Source: Candidatus Dormiibacterota bacterium
Lineage (GTDB): Bacteria; Chloroflexota; Dormibacteria; Aeolococcales; Bog-877
Length of the DNA: 64,000 nucleotides
Assembly: GCA_049591595.1 (NCBI GenBank)
Contig: JBAWFE010000045.1
Coordinates: 15,089 to 79,088 of the forward strand
Direction: 5' to 3'
Each line of letters opens with the position of its first letter. The stretch's first letter is position 1. Shown piece after piece: positions 42,269 to 50,182 of the stretch. The notes below the pieces were generated by a model that did no database searches, was not told the DNA's origin, and worked only from the letters and a program-made list of their open reading frames with translations. Position numbers and translations under genes: made by a program.

Positions 42269-43557
42269 GCCGACTCGCCCCGGAGGGCGTCAGTCCGCCC
42301 TTCTCAGTGGGAATCGACGTCAGTTCGGTTGAGCGCGTCCGCCAGCTAGTGAACCGCCGGCCGGAGTTTCTGACCAAGTACTTCACGGTCGAGGAGGCGG
42401 AGTACTGCGCGGGCCGACCTGAGCGTCTGGCGGCGCGCTGGGCGGCCAAGGAGGCCGTTCGCAAGGTGTTCGGTGGCCTGGGCTGGACTATTCCACTCTA
42501 CAGTCGAATCGCAGTGGTCAGGCGACCGGGCGGCTCTCCCACCGTCTTGGTCGATGGCCAACCGGTGGCCGGCCTCGCCATCAGCCTCACCCATGATGCC
42601 GGTCTGGGGATGGCGGTAGCTGCGCTCAGTCCCCTGGGCCGGCGAAGCCGATGGTTGTGGGGAGAGCTTCCCTCCGATCTACAACTGCCAGCGCGCCCGG
42701 AGGTGAGTCACAAAGGCACTTTCGGGACGGTGGTTGTAATCGCCGGTAGCCCCCAGTTTCCCGGAGCCGCCATCCTCTGCTCCCTCGGAGCCCTGCGGGG
42801 CGGTGCCGGGAAGGTCAAGGTATTGGCGCATGGCACCGGCCTGGTCGCCGCCCCGCCGGAGCTGATCCGAGTCCCCGTCGACGCAGCGGAGTCTGGTTTG
42901 GGAAGAGGTGCAGTGAGAGAGGCCTCTGCCACTCTGCAGTCGGCTGACGCGATTGTCTGCGGACCTGGGCTCGGTGAGTCCCAGGCCACCAGGGAGCTGC
43001 TCGAGGAGCTCTTTCAATCGGATGTACGCTCCCGACCGCACCTGGTACTAGACGCCGACGCCCTCAACGTCTGTGCCGGTCAGGCGGAGCTGCGCCGACA
43101 GATACCTCCGGGCAGCGTGCTCACCCCTCATCCCCTGGAAGCATCTCGGATGGCTGGTGTCGATGTGCAGTCGATTGAGAGGGACCGAGTCTCATCAGCC
43201 CAGGCGCTAGCCAGTGAGCTGGGAGTGGTGCTGGTGTTGAAGGGTGCCGGCACAGTGGTGGCCGATCCCCAAGGGAGGACCTGGGTTGACGGCCACGCGA
43301 CCTCCGTGCTGGCGACGGGCGGAACCGGAGATGTCCTGGCCGGACTGATCGGAGCCATGCTGGCTCAGGGTCTCGACCCCTACGAAGCGGCCCGGGCCGG
43401 AGTGTTCGTGCATGGGGAAGCCGGCACCAGGCTCTCATTCGTGCGGGGCCGGGCCGGGATCCTGGCCAGCGAGGTAGCCGACGCCCTGGTGGAGGCGCAG
43501 GAATCCGTGCGGCGACAACAGGAGGCGGCCCGGCCTGATCGCGCTGTATCCGGGTGA
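42265..43557 (+). CDS. acpS: Fusion protein: holo-ACP synthase (AcpS) + ADP-dependent NAD(P)H-hydrate dehydratase (YjeF_C / NnrD)
   Basis: N-terminal GIDVSSVERV...RWAAKEAVRKV...ISLTHD (AcpS). C-terminal HKGTFGTVVVIAGS...LVLDADALN...VLTPHPLEA...ATGGTGDVLAG (YjeF_C). Alternative GTG at 42307. Confidence 0.85.
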   Translation: MSRLAPEGVSPPFSVGIDVSSVERVRQLVNRRPEFLTKYFTVEEAEYCAGRPERLAARWAAKEAVRKVFGGLGWTIPLYSRIAVVRRPGGSPTVLVDGQPVAGLAISLTHDAGLGMAVAALSPLGRRSRWLWGELPSDLQLPARPEVSHKGTFGTVVVIAGSPQFPGAAILCSLGALRGGAGKVKVLAHGTGLVAAPPELIRVPVDAAESGLGRGAVREASATLQSADAIVCGPGLGESQATRELLEELFQSDVRSRPHLVLDADALNVCAGQAELRRQIPPGSVLTPHPLEASRMAGVDVQSIERDRVSSAQALASELGVVLVLKGAGTVVADPQGRTWVDGHATSVLATGGTGDVLAGLIGAMLAQGLDPYEAARAGVFVHGEAGTRLSFVRGRAGILASEVADALVEAQESVRRQQEAARPDRAVSG

Positions 43558-44711
43558 GTGGCAGAGGAGCTCCGACTGCGTCCTCCGGGTCTCGACAACG
43601 TCCCACCTGGATTGAGCTCGACTTGGACGCACTGGGGCGGAACGTCGCCGTCGTGGTCGATGAACTTGCTGGGGTGCCCCTGATGGCGGTAGTGAAGGCC
43701 TCCGCCTACGGCCACGGGGCGGTCGCGGTGGCCAGGACGGCGCTCCGCCACGGAGCCAGCTGGGTGGCAACGGCCACGGTGGTGGAGGCCCTGGAGCTGC
43801 GCCACGACGGCATCGCCGCCCCCATCCTGGTCTTCGGCTACACGCCGCCCGAGCAGGTGGGGGTAGCCGTGGCTGGTCGGCTGGCGGTGACTCTCTTCGA
43901 TCGCGATGTCCTGGCCGCCTTGGATCGGGCCGGGGCTGGACAGGGGAGGCCCGCCACCGCTCACCTCAAGATTGACACGGGGATGAGTCGGCTCGGGATA
44001 CAACCCGAGGAGGTGGCGGGATTCATTGAGGCGGCTCGTCAGTTCAAACATGTCGAGCTGGAGGGCTGCTACACCCACTTTCGGAGGGGATCGGATCGCG
44101 AGGTGACCCGGGCCCAGCTGGCTCGGTTCCAGATTGGCCTGAACCAGGCGTCGGCGGTCGAACATCACTTCCGGCTGCGCCACGCCGCCAACAGTGCCGC
44201 CTGGAACACTGTTCCGGAATCCCGATTGGACCTGGTCCGCTGCGGAATTGAACTGCTGGGGCTGCGGACCCCCGATGGCCGACAGAGGGAGCCGGTGCTC
44301 AGTTTCCGGACGACCGTCGCCCAGATACGCTCGATTCGTGCCGGCGATTACGTGGGTTATGCGGGCAAGTTTCAAGCTGAGCGGGAGATGACGATCGCCA
44401 CCCTTCCAGTTGGGTACGGCGACGGGTTTCGAGCCGGACCTAGAAATTGGGGTTCAGTACTGATCGGCGGTCGAGAACGCCGGCTCTTGGGTGACCCCTG
44501 CATGGACCTGAGCATGGTGGATGTCACCGAGCCACCGGTGGTGGTGGCAGGAGACATCGCTACGTTGATCGGCACCGATGGCACTGAGAGTCTCAGTGCG
44601 GAGTTGATCGCCGAGCGCCTCGGAACGAATAACTATGAGGTGGTAACTCAACTCCGAGGACGAGTGCCACGCGAGTTCCTGGCTTCGGTACCTCCCGGTG
44701 GGACTGCATAA
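43554..44711 (+). CDS. alr: Alanine racemase
   Basis: VVKASAYGHG PLP-lysine motif. 385 aa. Confidence 0.92.
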   Translation: MSGRGAPTASSGSRQRPTWIELDLDALGRNVAVVVDELAGVPLMAVVKASAYGHGAVAVARTALRHGASWVATATVVEALELRHDGIAAPILVFGYTPPEQVGVAVAGRLAVTLFDRDVLAALDRAGAGQGRPATAHLKIDTGMSRLGIQPEEVAGFIEAARQFKHVELEGCYTHFRRGSDREVTRAQLARFQIGLNQASAVEHHFRLRHAANSAAWNTVPESRLDLVRCGIELLGLRTPDGRQREPVLSFRTTVAQIRSIRAGDYVGYAGKFQAEREMTIATLPVGYGDGFRAGPRNWGSVLIGGRERRLLGDPCMDLSMVDVTEPPVVVAGDIATLIGTDGTESLSAELIAERLGTNNYEVVTQLRGRVPREFLASVPPGGTA

Positions 44712-44720
44712 GATTGGACC

Positions 44721-45617
44721 ATGTCTCAGGCCCGGGTGGGGCCCGCCCGGTCCGCCGCCGGACTGGCTCGTAGAGCCCAGCTGCGCAGCGCCCGGCTCTA
44801 CTTGGTGACCGACGATGAGACGCCTGCGGCTCAACTTTCTCTACTGATCTCTCGTGCCGTAGCCGGCGGGGTGGAGCTGATTCAGCTGCGTCGCAAGCGA
44901 ACGGGGGCGGGGGAGCTCCGGGAGTTGGCGACCGAGTGCATGCAGGCAGCGCACGCGGGCGGGGCGCTGTTCCTGGTCGACGACCACGTGGAGCTGGCCC
45001 TGGAGGTCGGAGCCGACGGGGTGCATCTGGGGCAGACCGATCTGGACCCAGTCGAGGCGAGGAGCCGGTTAGGGCCTGAGCCCCTGCTGGGTCTCTCGAC
45101 CCAGACCAAGGCGCAGGTCGTACAGGCGGCGAGCCAGCCGGTGGACTACCTCTCGGCAGGACCGGTACATGCGACTCCCACCAAACCGGGTCGGCCCGCT
45201 GTGGGGTTCGAGCACGTCACGCTCGCGGCGGCGCGGGCGACCGTTCCGGTGGTCGCAATCGGCGGGCTCGGCCCGGGCACAGCGCGACAGGCGGTCGCCG
45301 CCGGGGCCGACATCGTCGGCGTGGTTCGGGCGATCTGCCAGGCGGAATCGCCCGATCGGATGGCGGCAGAGCTGCGGCACGAGATACGGGAGAGCATTCC
45401 GTGGATCCGCATTCGCGTCAACGGCAAGGCACGCAAGTGTCCGCCCGGAGGGTCGATTCGAGACTTCCTTGATCTAATAGAGGTGGGACAAGACGGAGTG
45501 GTAGTCGAGCGGAACGGTGAGATCTTCCGGGCTTCCGAGCTAAGGGAGGCGGCACTGGCAGACGGAGATGATCTCGAGGTTGTCCATCTGGTGGGAGGAG
45601 GCAGTGACCATGGCTGA
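44721..45617 (+). CDS. thiE: Thiamine-phosphate synthase (ThiE) fused to a C-terminal ThiS-like sulfur-carrier domain ending ...VGGGSDHG
   Basis: ThiE TIM-barrel motifs (LYLVTDD...HLGQ...AIGG). The last ~70 aa (IRIRVNGK...DLEVVHLVGGG) have ThiS/MoaD beta-grasp character. Confidence 0.8.
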   Translation: MSQARVGPARSAAGLARRAQLRSARLYLVTDDETPAAQLSLLISRAVAGGVELIQLRRKRTGAGELRELATECMQAAHAGGALFLVDDHVELALEVGADGVHLGQTDLDPVEARSRLGPEPLLGLSTQTKAQVVQAASQPVDYLSAGPVHATPTKPGRPAVGFEHVTLAAARATVPVVAIGGLGPGTARQAVAAGADIVGVVRAICQAESPDRMAAELRHEIRESIPWIRIRVNGKARKCPPGGSIRDFLDLIEVGQDGVVVERNGEIFRASELREAALADGDDLEVVHLVGGGSDHG

Positions 45618-46410
45618 GGGCCAGTTGCGATTGGGGGGGGTTGAGCTCAACTCGAGGCTAATTCACGGGACAGGCAAATTCCCTTCCCCGGGGGTGCTGG
45701 CAGCGGCGATTGCTGCTTCGGGAGCCGAGATGATCACGGTGGCGGTCCGTCGGCTCCACCTCGACGGAGACCAGCGATCCGAGTTGGCGGACCTTGACCT
45801 GGGTGCCTACACCATCCTTCCCAACACGGCCGGGGCAAAGAGCGCAGCGGAGTCGGTGCGACTGGCTCGGCTGGCCCGCGCCGCCGGTCTCTCGGATTTC
45901 ATCAAGATCGAAGTGGTCGGTGACGAGCTAACCCTTCTTCCCGACCCGATCGCCACCCTCGAGGCAACAAAAGAACTGGTCGCTGAGGGCTTCACGGTGC
46001 TGCCCTACGCGAGTGACGATGTCGGTCTCGCGCTCCGTCTGGCTGAAGCCGGGGCGGCCGCGGTCATGCCCGGGGCTGCTCCGATCGGTTCCACCCTGGG
46101 GGTGCTCAATCCGCACAACATTCGGGCCATCATCGAGCGCTGCCCCGTGCCGGTAATCGTCGATGCCGGCTTGGGCTCCCCGGCTGACGCAGCTCGGGTC
46201 ATGGAGTGGGGGGCCGCCGGGGTGCTGGTGAACACCGGCATCGCCCACTCCAGGGATCCGGTCGCCATGGCCGCTGCCTTTGCTGCGGGAGTGGAGGCGG
46301 GTCGGGCTGCATTCCTGGCAGGATTGGCCGAGGGCCGGCCCGACGGGGGATACGGAGCCAGCAGCCCCGTGGCGGGTCTACCCGACTCGCTGGCCCCGGT
46401 CCCGGGCTGA
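45610..46410 (+). CDS. thiG: Thiazole synthase
   Basis: ...LRLGGVELNSRLIHGTGKF...KIEVVGD...VMPGAAPIGS... ATG at 45610 overlaps the upstream stop (ATGGCTGA). The track frame opens at 45568. Confidence 0.92.
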   Translation: MAEGQLRLGGVELNSRLIHGTGKFPSPGVLAAAIAASGAEMITVAVRRLHLDGDQRSELADLDLGAYTILPNTAGAKSAAESVRLARLARAAGLSDFIKIEVVGDELTLLPDPIATLEATKELVAEGFTVLPYASDDVGLALRLAEAGAAAVMPGAAPIGSTLGVLNPHNIRAIIERCPVPVIVDAGLGSPADAARVMEWGAAGVLVNTGIAHSRDPVAMAAAFAAGVEAGRAAFLAGLAEGRPDGGYGASSPVAGLPDSLAPVPG

Positions 46411-46475
46411 GCCCACTTCGTTTGGTCGTGAAGAGGAGTTCGCTGCGGACCGCTAGCTGGGTTGGTGGTGAACCG

Positions 46476-47447
46476 GTGTCGACCACCGGCGAAACCGACT
46501 TATTGCGGCAACTGATGGAGCTCGCGGGAGACTCGTCGGGTCAGGCGGAGATCGGTCCGGGAGACGATGCCGCTGCCTGGCAGCCGACCCCAGGTGGGCT
46601 CGTGCTGTGGTCCACCGACAGCCTCTGTGAGGACGTCGACTTCCGACGGAAGCACCAGACCCCTTACCAGGTCGGTTGGAAGGCCTGGATGGCCGCGGTC
46701 TCCGACCTGTCGGCAATGGGAGCGCGCCCCAGAGCTGGCTTGGTGGCGGCACTGCTCCCGGTGGAGACGTCGACCGAAGCGGTGCTCGCCATTCAGTGTG
46801 GTCTGGTGGATGCGGCGGCCGTTGATGGGGCCGCGGTCACTGGCGGTGACCTCAGCCGGTCGGCGGGTCCGTTGTCGGTGACAGTCACCGTTTTGGGTGA
46901 AGTCACTGACGGCTCACCGGTCAAGCTCAGCGGGGGCAGGGTCGGTGACCGGATCCTGGTGACCGGGGCGCTGGGCATGGCTGGAGCGGCGCTCGAGAGG
47001 TTGGAGGAAGGCGGCACCACCGTTCCCGAAGAGTGGTTGGAACGGCTTCGCATGCCGCCGTCGCGGGTCCGAGCCGGAATGGCCCTCCGGAGGGCGGGCA
47101 GCTCGGCCATGACGGACCTCAGCGACGGGCTGCTGCTCGACCTGGATCGCCTCTCTCAGGCGAGTGGGGTCGGGGCTGACCTCTGGCTGGATCAAATCCC
47201 TCGAGGAACGAGACTGGAGGACACCGAGCGGGGAGGGGAGTTGGCGCTCACCGGCGGAGAGGATTACGAACTTCTGGCGACTGTACCCGAGCCCATGCTC
47301 GGCGAACTCTTAGACAGCTGGGATGATGAGCTGCCCCGGCTCTCCGTGGTGGGGGTGCTTTCCGCGAAGCCTGGGACCAGGCTGTTCTCGGAGTCTGGTG
47401 GCGAACTCATCGGGGCACCCTCGAACGCCGGGTTTCGCCACTTTTGA
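46476..47447 (+). CDS. thiL: Thiamine-monophosphate kinase
   Basis: ...DLLRQL...GPGDDAAAW...DVDF...AIR-synthase-like fold. Start uncertain (GTG 46476, or TTG 46422 / GTG 46428). Confidence 0.75.
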   Translation: MSTTGETDLLRQLMELAGDSSGQAEIGPGDDAAAWQPTPGGLVLWSTDSLCEDVDFRRKHQTPYQVGWKAWMAAVSDLSAMGARPRAGLVAALLPVETSTEAVLAIQCGLVDAAAVDGAAVTGGDLSRSAGPLSVTVTVLGEVTDGSPVKLSGGRVGDRILVTGALGMAGAALERLEEGGTTVPEEWLERLRMPPSRVRAGMALRRAGSSAMTDLSDGLLLDLDRLSQASGVGADLWLDQIPRGTRLEDTERGGELALTGGEDYELLATVPEPMLGELLDSWDDELPRLSVVGVLSAKPGTRLFSESGGELIGAPSNAGFRHF

Positions 47448-47460
47448 GCCAATTTCAGAG

Positions 47461-47886
47461 ATGAGAGTTCGCACTCGGAGCGCCGCCGAGACCAGAGCGC
47501 TGGGAAGAACGATCGGTGCCGGCCTGAAGGCGGGAGACTGCCTGGCGTTGCGGGGCGAGATGGGTGCCGGGAAGACGGTGATCGCCCAAGGGATCGTGGC
47601 GGGCGCGGGCGGCGGCGAGGATGTGCGGAGTCCCACCTTCCTCCTGCACGCCATCTATCCGGGTCGGATCCCCCTGCATCATCTCGACCTTTACCGGCTC
47701 GGGGACGGGTTCGACCTCCGCTCGCTGGGGATGGAGGAGGCGCTGGCGGACGGCGCGGTGATCATCGAGTGGCCGGAACGGGCCGAAAGTGGCTGGTTCA
47801 ATGGCGAGATCAGACTGGAGATCGCCTCCGAGACGGATCGGGAGATCGACATGCAGCTTAGATCGGCCCCAGCAAGCGACGGCTAG
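47461..47886 (+). CDS. tsaE: tRNA t6A37 threonylcarbamoyladenosine biosynthesis protein TsaE
   Basis: GEMGAGKT Walker A, SPTFLL. 141 aa. The track frame is extended upstream. Confidence 0.88.
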   Translation: MRVRTRSAAETRALGRTIGAGLKAGDCLALRGEMGAGKTVIAQGIVAGAGGGEDVRSPTFLLHAIYPGRIPLHHLDLYRLGDGFDLRSLGMEEALADGAVIIEWPERAESGWFNGEIRLEIASETDREIDMQLRSAPASDG

Positions 47887-47890
47887 CCAG

Positions 47891-48544
47891 GTGGTCAAGG
47901 ACTGGATCCTGGCGATCGACGGTTCGCGGCGAGACGACCCGCTGGTGATCCTGGCATCCACGGATGGCGAGGTGACCTGGTCCGCACCGTCACCCCTGCC
48001 GTCACCGGTTCTGGTCGGTGAGGTCAAGGCGGCGCTTAACCTATATCGAGATCGAATCGGGTCCGTGGTCGCGGTTCGGGGTCCAGGTTCCTACATCGGA
48101 GTGCGAGGCGGATTGGCTGGGGCCCTGGGAGCCGCCCAATCTCTCGCCTGCCCGGTGGCCCTAGTCGGATCGCTGGAGGTGGTTGCGGCCCAGATCGATC
48201 CCACTCCTATGCCCCTGCTCGCGCTGGCCGACGCCGGCCGGGGAGGATCATTCGGTCAGGAGATGACGCCCGAAATGGGCTCTGGGGCAAGAGGACGATG
48301 GCGTCCTCGAGGTAGCGCCTGGTTGCTGGGCAGGGAGAGCCCGTGGCCTGACGCGTGGCATGAGCTGCGTCTGGTCGTCGGGGAGCTCGGAGAGGGCCGC
48401 CAGCTACCGGAGGGGACCAACTCGATCTCCCCTTCCCGTAGTCGCCAAATGGCGCTAGCCTGGGTGGTGTCCGCCGGCTTGGTCCCGATCTCGGGGTACG
48501 ATCAGGTCACTGCGGACTACGCAGAACCAGTAGGAGCTCGGTAG
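47891..48544 (+). CDS. tsaB: tRNA t6A37 biosynthesis protein TsaB
   Basis: ILAIDGS..., RGPGSYIGVR. GTG at 47891. The track frame is extended upstream. Confidence 0.85.
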   Translation: MVKDWILAIDGSRRDDPLVILASTDGEVTWSAPSPLPSPVLVGEVKAALNLYRDRIGSVVAVRGPGSYIGVRGGLAGALGAAQSLACPVALVGSLEVVAAQIDPTPMPLLALADAGRGGSFGQEMTPEMGSGARGRWRPRGSAWLLGRESPWPDAWHELRLVVGELGEGRQLPEGTNSISPSRSRQMALAWVVSAGLVPISGYDQVTADYAEPVGAR

Positions 48545-49101
48545 TGGTCCTGATCGGCGAGCAGCTGCAACTCAGCCCGATGCGCGACGAGGACATCGCC
48601 GACGTGCGAGCGATCGAGCTCGCCGTCTTTCCCACGCCCTGGCCGGGGAGTGCGTATCAGCGGGAGCTCAACAACAATCGGGCAGCTCACTATTTCTGCC
48701 TGCGGCGCAATCGCCAGGTGGTCGGCTACGGCGGCCTTTGGGCGGTCGGGGAGGAATCTCACGTCACCACCATCGGGGTGGCCGCCGAGTTCCAGGGCCA
48801 GGGATACGGCAGGGCGATCTTCGCGGCTCTGGTCAATCGCTCCTATGCCCTGCGGGCGAACTTCATCAGCCTCGAAGTTCGGCCCAACAACGAACCGGCC
48901 ATCCACCTCTACGAGGAATTTGGCTTCAAGGTCATCGGCCAGCGGCGCGGGTACTACACGGACAATGGCGAGGACGCTCTGGTCATGTGGTCGGACCTGA
49001 TCCATGCGCCGCACTTCAAGCGTCGCTTTCTGGCCATCCTCGACCAACTGGATATTGAGGGGCTGGGAGCGCGACCCGAGCTAGACTTCCCCCCCCGTTG
49101 A
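48544..49101 (+). CDS. rimI: Ribosomal-protein-alanine N-acetyltransferase (GNAT)
   Basis: GNAT motif ...IGVAAEFQGQGYGRAIF... In the tsaB-rimI-tsaD context. Confidence 0.85.
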   Translation: MVLIGEQLQLSPMRDEDIADVRAIELAVFPTPWPGSAYQRELNNNRAAHYFCLRRNRQVVGYGGLWAVGEESHVTTIGVAAEFQGQGYGRAIFAALVNRSYALRANFISLEVRPNNEPAIHLYEEFGFKVIGQRRGYYTDNGEDALVMWSDLIHAPHFKRRFLAILDQLDIEGLGARPELDFPPR

Positions 49102-50093
49102 GGCTCCTGGCGCTCGAAACCTCCTGCGACGAAACGGCTGCCGCCGTGGTGAAAGACGACTTCACGGTCGCCAGCTCGGTGATTGCCTCCCAGGCCGCTG
49201 CGCACGCTGAGTTCGGGGGTGTGGTTCCGGAACTGGCCGCCCGCATGCATTTGGAGCGGCTCCCGTCCGTCGTGGCGGAGGCGGTCGCTAGCCTGGGGGG
49301 TCTCGCCGGCACCCTGGACGGTGTGGCTGTCGCGAAGGGCCCGGGGCTGGTGGGGTGTCTCGCCGTAGGGGTGACGTACGCCCAGAGCCTGGCGTCCGGT
49401 CTCGGTCTGCCGGTCGTCGGGGTGAATCACATGAGCGGTCATGTCCTGGCCGCTCGGATCGAAGACCCAACTCTGGAGCCGCCCTTTGTGGCGCTGGTGG
49501 TCAGTGGTGGACATACCGATCTGATCCACTACCAAGCCCACGATCGGGTGGTGCTGATGGGGGCGACCCGCGACGATGCGGTGGGCGAAGCCTTCGACAA
49601 GGTGGCCCGGATGCTGGGGCTGCCGTATCCCGGCGGCCCGGCCATCGATCGCCTAGCTCAAGAGGGCGACGCCAGCAAATACCAGCTGCCCCGTCCGGTG
49701 CTGCCGGACTTCGGGTTCTCCTTCAGCGGTCTGAAGACGGCCGTCCTCTATCTGGTGCGCGACCTGGGCGAACTGAGTCACCAGCAGGTGACTGACCTGG
49801 CGGCGAGTTTTCAACTGGCGGCGGTCGAGACGCTCTGTACTCAGCTGGAGGCAGCGGTCGAGCAGACCGGGAGCAACCAGGTGGTCCTGGCCGGCGGGGT
49901 GGCGAGCAATCGGCTCCTGCGCACGCTCGCCCGAGACCGGCTGCGGGGAATCGCCAAGGTCACCATTCCGGCCCCTGAGCTGTGCACCGACAATGCCGCC
50001 ATGATTGGGGCGGCGGCCTGGACCAAAGTGGCGCGCGCCGGCTTTGATGCTCTGCCATTTGGGGTCGAGCCAGGCCTGCGGGCCTATGTCTGA
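49098..50093 (+). CDS. tsaD: tRNA N6-adenosine threonylcarbamoyltransferase
   Basis: MRLLALETSCDETAAAVV..., ...VVSGGHT..., Kae1/TsaD fold. TTG start. Confidence 0.93.
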   Translation: MRLLALETSCDETAAAVVKDDFTVASSVIASQAAAHAEFGGVVPELAARMHLERLPSVVAEAVASLGGLAGTLDGVAVAKGPGLVGCLAVGVTYAQSLASGLGLPVVGVNHMSGHVLAARIEDPTLEPPFVALVVSGGHTDLIHYQAHDRVVLMGATRDDAVGEAFDKVARMLGLPYPGGPAIDRLAQEGDASKYQLPRPVLPDFGFSFSGLKTAVLYLVRDLGELSHQQVTDLAASFQLAAVETLCTQLEAAVEQTGSNQVVLAGGVASNRLLRTLARDRLRGIAKVTIPAPELCTDNAAMIGAAAWTKVARAGFDALPFGVEPGLRAYV

Positions 50094-50182
50094 GCCCACC
50101 GATTGGGGACCGGTTTCGGCTGACCCTTAGCTCGCGTGTGCGCGGGTAGCGCTACTCGAATTGTGGTGCTAGCATCCGCGCG

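Noticed and set aside
43380-44375. 331-aa minus-strand ORF antisense to alr, and 54958-55635 antisense to groEL
   Set aside because: Antisense to conserved genes; Arg/Pro/Gly-rich.
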